A stretch of DNA of 64,000 nucleotides from positions 2,232,001-2,296,000 of the forward strand of contig CM007990.1 of the NCBI GenBank assembly GCA_002189035.1, in the 5' to 3' direction. Both the position numbers and the translations under genes were made by a program. The notes under the pieces are model-generated. The model was not told the DNA's origin, did not search any database, and was given only the letters and a program-made list of their open reading frames with translations. Shown here one piece after another: positions 58,145 through 64,000 of the stretch; position 1 is the stretch's first letter, and every line of letters starts with the position of its first letter. The DNA is from Utricularia gibba (taxonomy: Eukaryota; Plantae; Magnoliophyta).

Positions 58145-60610
58145 TGATAAACGGGAATTTTCCTAATACCGTTGCAATAAAAATAGAAAATCCATATCAA
58201 ATAAATTTATAATCCCTAATCTACACAAAATACAAATTTGGAAAACTTGTATAGTGGATGTTGGGATCGATCACGAAGTGCTTGTGCTTGCTAAGTATTT
58301 TAATAGGTGCAAGATTATTTCGGATAACAGTAGGTCTTAGTCTTAGCTCGAACTAACAGTGGTAAACAAGTTCAGTAAAAAAAAGTAGGTAAGCAATATC
58401 AAGTCTTGACGCTAAGGTAACAGGTACTGGTTTTGACTCAGACTAATATGAGGACGCCTTAAGGATTTGCGGGTGGTGTCATAATAAGGTTCCTAACTTA
58501 ATTTGCTATCTTCCTACACTCACAACTTCGAATAACCTAGGTCTACCCAGGTTATTCATCATATTTTTGGCTTAAGCTAGTCCCAAATATCATAACCTGC
58601 AATTAGGTCTATCATACTTTGATCTCAACATTTTTTTTTTCGGTACTACTTTTCTTTCTTTTTCTTCTTTTTTTTTCTAAGCTGGCAACCTGTCCCAAAA
58701 AGATTGTGAAGTTTATCAACTCAAGTGAAACTAATCTAGATCACACTTCCTAGGTTCCTCTAATCATGCACATGCTCTCATAAAATCGAAGGTAGAACAT
58801 GCTCTCAGGTATATAGAAGGCATAGAAAGTTCATACATCCAAATCCTCTCATAGTTGCAATATTCAATCATGTGGACATTCAAAGTAGTTCACTGACTGG
58901 AAACAAAACAAACAAGCAAGTACTCGACTATTTCTAGCATAGACTAACAGACACATATACAAGCAGCATCCTAAGGAAAAGTAAAACTAAAAATAAAAAC
59001 GAAAATAAAACTACGCAAAATAAGTTCAACAGCAGGTTACTTGTTTAGGGAGGAGTTTATCACTCCCTGTTTCAGTTCTTGCACTTCACGAATTAAATCA
59101 GACATTTTCTCATTCAATTCTTTCATCATTTCCGGGCAGCAGCATCCTGTGCTGTTGTGCTTGGAGGTTGCAGGAGCAGGGGCATTTGTGTTGCCTTCTT
59201 CATGGATAGACTGTCCGCAAAGACCTTTCAAAGATCTAAAAGCAAACCCACTTCCTTGCGCTTTGATTAGTCCAGCAACTTTTAATGAATACACATCCAA
59301 TGGCACTGTCTTAGTCTCAAAATGGAAGAATTCAAGTTCAGACAGCTTTTCTGGACACAAAGTATTAACAAGATGCGTAACAATATGATCGAAACTTAGT
59401 TGCTGAATTTTAGTACACCTATAATCTCTATTCATTTGCTCAGCAAGCATTGCACCTAAAATCAAAGACAGCTTGTTCATAATGCACCTCAACACAAATA
59501 ATTCACCTTTATAAAGAGCATTAAATCCAATATTTTTTCCGAAAAGAGTTGTAATGACTAACATATGAACATAACACATGAATGGATCAACAAACAGCTC
59601 AGATTTCGTTCCCTTTGCCTTAAACTCAATGACATGCTGATCAGTTAAAATCCCATAAAATTCTTCAGCATCAAAGTCTGCTGGATAATCGAATAAAGAG
59701 GCAATGAAATCATGCAAATCTACTTGCTGTTTTGAATAGAAACCAAGAGCTACATTCCACTCAGCCAAAAAAAACAAAAATTCAGTCCCATCAATAACTC
59801 CCCTTAACACCGAATAATCAATTCCCAGCAGCACAAAATACGGATAAAAGTCCTAAAATAACAACATTAAACTAGAAATTAAAATGCTGAAATTAAAAAC
59901 TTAGCCATGGGTTGCCTCTCACAAGTGTCCCTGTTTATAGTCTTGGACTCGACTATTTGTGAGGCTACGTTTTTGCTGCATCTTCAAATGTACTATCATC
60001 AGTAAAATTATGAGCCTCACTTTCAAAAGTTTCCTAAGAACTGTTCAACATTTTAAAGACTCCATCCTTGCATCTCCTCCACCAAAATGGATCATTCCAA
60101 AGGCTAGATTTTTCAGTATTCAAAGACATGCTCATTTCATGGCATTCATTTCCAACTGGCATCATTCCTACAGTAATAAAGTGAACAATATCAGTAGAAC
60201 CTTGTTCCCAATTTGTAATCTTACCTGAGAGTAGTTGTTTGCTCGGAAATGCTTCTGCAATTATGCAATCTTCAATCCTATTGAGTTTCCCAGAATTATT
60301 GACAAAAACATTTGTTCCTACAATATTATCCAAAATTTCTTTTGGATTCTGGATGAATTCCTCGAACAAGGTTGTTTCTTGATCCGAGCTGAGACCATAA
60401 AAAAGAATTACAGAATCTTTATGCTTATCATTCATCAGAATTTCTTGCATGTGAGCATCCAATGGCTTTTGATTCGAGATTTTCTCTTCTTGTTGACCTC
60501 CAGGAGCACTCAAATACTTCAACTTTGTCTCAATGTTTGCAGTCTCAAGAAATAATTTTTCATAATCTTTTCCTTCTTTGTCAATTTCTTCCTTCAAGTA
60601 TTCTTCAACA
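58145..60610 (-). mobile_element. 5'-truncated, integrase-deleted Athila element (pol remnant, env-like ORF, partial family A LTR)
   Basis: ORF 60034-60597 ends in an RH-INT-linker-like sequence (EAFPSKQLL...DIVHFI...LWNDPFWWRRCKDG). The post-pol motif GACTATAAAC...GAGAGGCAACCC follows at ~59900-59955. 58145-58611 matches the 3' part of the family A LTR. Confidence 0.85.
59037..59852 (-). CDS. Athila extra ORF (ORF1/env-like), open for 271 codons
   Basis: Lies between the pol remnant and the 3' LTR. DPFMCYVHMLVITTLFG...ELFVLRCI...LGAMLAEQM...IVTHLV...PLDVYSLKVAGLI, with a coiled-coil-like C-terminus. No ATG near the start. The family call is from position and remembered motif pattern. Confidence 0.7.
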   Translation of the reverse strand, partial: DFYPYFVLLGIDYSVLRGVIDGTEFLFFLAEWNVALGFYSKQQVDLHDFIASLFDYPADFDAEEFYGILTDQHVIEFKAKGTKSELFVDPFMCYVHMLVITTLFGKNIGFNALYKGELFVLRCIMNKLSLILGAMLAEQMNRDYRCTKIQQLSFDHIVTHLVNTLCPEKLSELEFFHFETKTVPLDVYSLKVAGLIKAQGSGFAFRSLKGLCGQSIHEEGNTNAPAPATSKHNSTGCCCPEMMKELNEKMSDLIREVQELKQGVINSSLNK

Positions 60611-61379
60611 AATTAATGACCCAGGTACGAGGTTACTACCCATCTATTAATGAAGTATTTCAATCACAGACAGTTTGTTATCTTCTTCAGACTAATAGAG
60701 TTGGAGATGCTGCTCTTCAACTTGTTCCACATTAAAATTTATGAGAAGTGGTCAGCTACTCATGCATCATGGCTAAGAATCATTACAGAAAGATTATAAT
60801 ATCATACGTGGAAATATGCAAAATGTAGAAGAAATTCAATAAAGAACCAATAATTGTGCTTTATATATTGAAGAAATGTTAATCGATTCCTATAAACTAG
60901 AAAGTTGAGCCATATAGTGGAGAGGAAGAACAAAAGTTAGAGTGAAAATTTCGAAAGAGGAAGTTTTTTTTTTTTTAAGCTGTTCTAAGTCTACTTTTAA
61001 TTCAAATCCTAAGGTGCATTCGCTTCCTCTGCTCCTTTTCCTTCACGCAAGTAATCGCCTAATCATTATAATAGACTCTAATATGCTCATAAGGCATGGA
61101 CTATGAACATTGTTACTCTTCCACCTACCATGGATCTAAGTTGCATACAAGCTAAGAAATGACAATGTTTTGTCTCCTATAAGTCTATTGACACTCCTAC
61201 ATTACTTCTTGTAACTTTTGGGTGAAAGTATACAAAAAACAGTACAAACATGATAATTTTATTTTTAATCAAAATATAATAGTCATTAATATAAATTCTA
61301 ATTAGGTGACTTAATCATAAATTAATATATAATAATATATAATAAATGTAAAAAATGACACTTAACAGTCAATTTCACC

Positions 61380-62400
61380 TTAACCTCATGAAATAGGAAA
61401 AAAAAAGGAGCCACCCCCTTCACCAACTTCATTAAATTTCAGCCCCTTAAACATTTTCTTCCATTTCTTCAACTCCAACCATTTGATGGCTATTACTACA
61501 TAAAGAAGTGTGTATCTACAATTTCCCCAAAGGCTTCTAAATCAGTCATAGGATTCTGCACCACAAATAAAACAGCAAGACATTCAACTGGAAAACTTGC
61601 TTTTGAAAGCCTTATCCTTGTTCAAAAATTAAGAAAAATATATCATTGTAAAATAAGGATCAGAGCTTTCTACAGAATCAAACATCATCAGAATCCAACT
61701 ATCCAGCTATAAGTTATGAATTTGTTTTTAAGTGAACTCAGAAAAATAGTTACTGGATGACCAAACTTTTGAGCAATTTTCATTAAGACACCATAAATTC
61801 CTACTCCAAGATCGAAATCAAGCAAACCTTTTTTAATAAGAAACCTAACTCAATGATCTACAATATTCCTATTCATTGGCTTTGTATTAAATAAGCACAG
61901 AAAAGTGATAGAACATAGAGGCAGTCATATAATTTCAAAATTAAACAAAAAACACATAATAGAATCTTAGAAACCATCACCCTACTTACACTTGACCCAA
62001 TTTGATTGTTCCAACTCTGAAAGCTTCCACTATATCTGTATTTTACTCCTGAAAAAACTTAGGATTGTAGCACACTCAATTAGCTCACAACAAAATTTAT
62101 TTACACAATTGAGTAGACTGTTCACTTACAATTACTAAATTACTTTCTTTGTCAATGAGATTTATAATGTTTGTTCAGTTTATAAATATCTTTTGATAGA
62201 GAAAACCTTTATGCCGTGAAACCTTTAGAATTTCCCATCTTTCAATGGTCACACATTTAGGTATTTCCACAACTCATGCTCCCCTTGTATGATATTCTTT
62301 GCTTTGGGCACCCAACTCTCATGGTTTACATTTTTTTTATCTTTGACTTGACTTTCCAAGAGTTCACTTATCCTCAAATTGTAGCAAGCTAAACATGGTT
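61380..62400 (-). mobile_element. Older Athila-like internal remnant (integrase C-terminus-like), probably continuing at ~56560-57826
   Basis: Weak translation at 62200-62380 (LLQFEDK*TLGKSSQR...GA*VVEI) resembles LLFNSRLKLFPGKLKSRW...GAVEI. Confidence 0.35.
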
Positions 62401-63239
62401 AACTTTGGAATTTCTATTGAGAACCTTTTGCCATCCTCGGAAAATGATCTCATGCAAGATTTTCATGATCATTCTATACAATCTTATCCTCTCCCTCATC
62501 AAATACTGATGGGAGTAGAAGCATGAGAAGTTATGAGCCAAGTGGGAGCTAGAGTACCTCGATCGGGAGGGCATGAAAAAGGATGAAGGCACCATCATGG
62601 TTATGCTCTCTATAGGATCTTCCCACGCTGTTGTGGCAAGGGTAAGGTTGGGGGAACTAACAAGGTTGAGTAAAAGGAACACTGGGAGTGAAACACCTAA
62701 AGAGATATCAATTTTACTCACACGTTGAGATGGTATGGAGAGAAATGCTGATGCTCATGGACTTGATAGAGGTAGACATCTAGGAATTAGAGGTCATCTT
62801 AGGTCTAGACTAACTTAGTACACACCAAGTGCAGATCATATATTGTGAATGTATCCTAGTGGTATGAGACAATAATGAGAAGTGGTAGGAATACAATCTC
62901 ATGAGATGAACATGGAACCATCGACCTGCTCACCCCAACGGCACCTTGGCATGTCTTATGCTGGCTCATTTAGAAGCAAACAAAGTGGGTGGTGACTTCA
63001 AATTAGATGAGATATTAAGGGACTGTAGGCCATATTTGATAATAATTTTAGTAATATTGAGATAATTTATACTAGATAAAAATTATCCCCCCACATAAGT
63101 ATATATTATTTTTTTATAGATGATGAAATAAGACATTTTTACCCTTCTACATTTTTTTTATCTAGGTAGGGTTCCTAGTTTCTATGTGAAATGAGGATCA
63201 CCAACACAAAGAATAACAATGGTCAATTGACATTGAAAA

Positions 63240-63830
63240 TTTGAAGAAGAATATCTTCTTATTATCGCTTTCAAAGATATTATCAACAATGGATGAAAGA
63301 GTGAAAATGGTTTCAAAAATGGGTATTATGTAGCTATTCCACACATTTCATTGAAGGTCAAGACGTGGAAAAAGGAATATTACATGATCACGGACATTCT
63401 TTCACGATCAAGAATGGATTGGAATAATGTAACAAGGATGATAGAAACATTGCATGAGATATGTGATGAACTGGTATTTTCTATGAAGCTTATTACTTTT
63501 GTTAGTTTGTGATTGTTGAGGATCTATTCCACTAATTATTTGGGAATCGTTGCTGATTTGAATTGATTTAGTCATATGATTTTTGCAATAGTTTTAGAAT
63601 TTATTCTATGCTAGATGCTACATTTTTTTATATATTACTAGTTGATAAGTGTTTGTGGAATGCTATCGTGAGTGTTCAATTTTGTTTTTAGGCAATCATC
63701 AAGTGATTGAAGGGCTTGAGAAACAAGGTGTGACCCTTTTATGAAGATTGGGTCTAGAATTTTGGAACATATCGTGCAACTAGATGAGATGGAGTTGCTC
63801 ATGAGGAAGCTGCCAACTGTGCATTCACTA
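63240..63830 (+). pseudogene. Degenerate Myb/SANT-like DNA-binding gene of PIF/Harbinger ORF2 type
   Basis: Exon 1 EEEYLLIIAFKDIINNG*KSENGFKNGYY...KVKTWKKEYYMITDILSRSRMDWNNVTRMIE. After a TTTTAG acceptor at ~63690, exon 2 KGLRNKV*PFYEDWV*NFGTYRAT. Multiple stops. Confidence 0.75.
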
Positions 63831-64000
63831 AAGTAGAAGGCAATAACTAGCATGCCAATATGAAAAATGAACTAGAATAACTAACAACACAAATATAAAC
63901 TTTTGTTGCAATTTCGAAAGCCGAATCATCTACTCTTAATGATGCTGCTTCTAACAAGAGTGTAGGTCACACAAGAGGAAATTTAACAACAGACAAAGAG

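Larger units (their letters stand above)
57832..61367 (-). mobile_element. Solo LTR, family C copy 3, split by a truncated Athila element
   Basis: 57832-58144 and ~60612-61367 match the left and right parts of 36322-37505. The right end is AAAATGACACTTAACA. TSD GTCCA at 57827-57831 and GTCAA at 61368-61372 (4/5). Confidence 0.8.

Noticed and set aside
59037-60597. Possible endogenous pararetrovirus or novel host genes
   Set aside because: Position, flanking Athila motifs and the linked LTR explain both ORFs. No caulimovirid movement-protein, coat-protein or RT motifs were seen.

Overview
Plant nuclear genomic DNA, AT-rich and dominated by transposable elements. Three host genes are recognisable: a 6-exon transthyretin-like / S-allantoin synthase (TTL, 22484-24694, +), a DUF1639 gene (31903-32904, -) and a 10-exon BR-signalling kinase (BSK2-like, 50025-53280, +). 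The DUF1639 and BSK genes each lack one base in a C/G homopolymer, so this is either an assembly error or real loss of function. The rest is nested retrotransposon debris: a decayed Copia (1-3330), an Athila-like element whose gag is split by two solo LTRs, a full-length Tekay/Del chromovirus with non-matching LTRs (14402-21561), a second Copia (about 33740-38920), and a truncated Athila that keeps an open env-like ORF. There are also PIF/Harbinger, hAT, CACTA and LINE remnants. I delimited eight solo LTRs by their target-site duplications (TSDs). Main leads: two solo LTRs of one family sit at almost the same offset in the protease active-site motif of two unrelated retroelements; two copies of another LTR family break at the same nucleotide; and the env-like ORF starts at a splice acceptor rather than an ATG. 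Everything was read by eye, with no alignments or database searches run. I did not find a clearly new multi-gene system.
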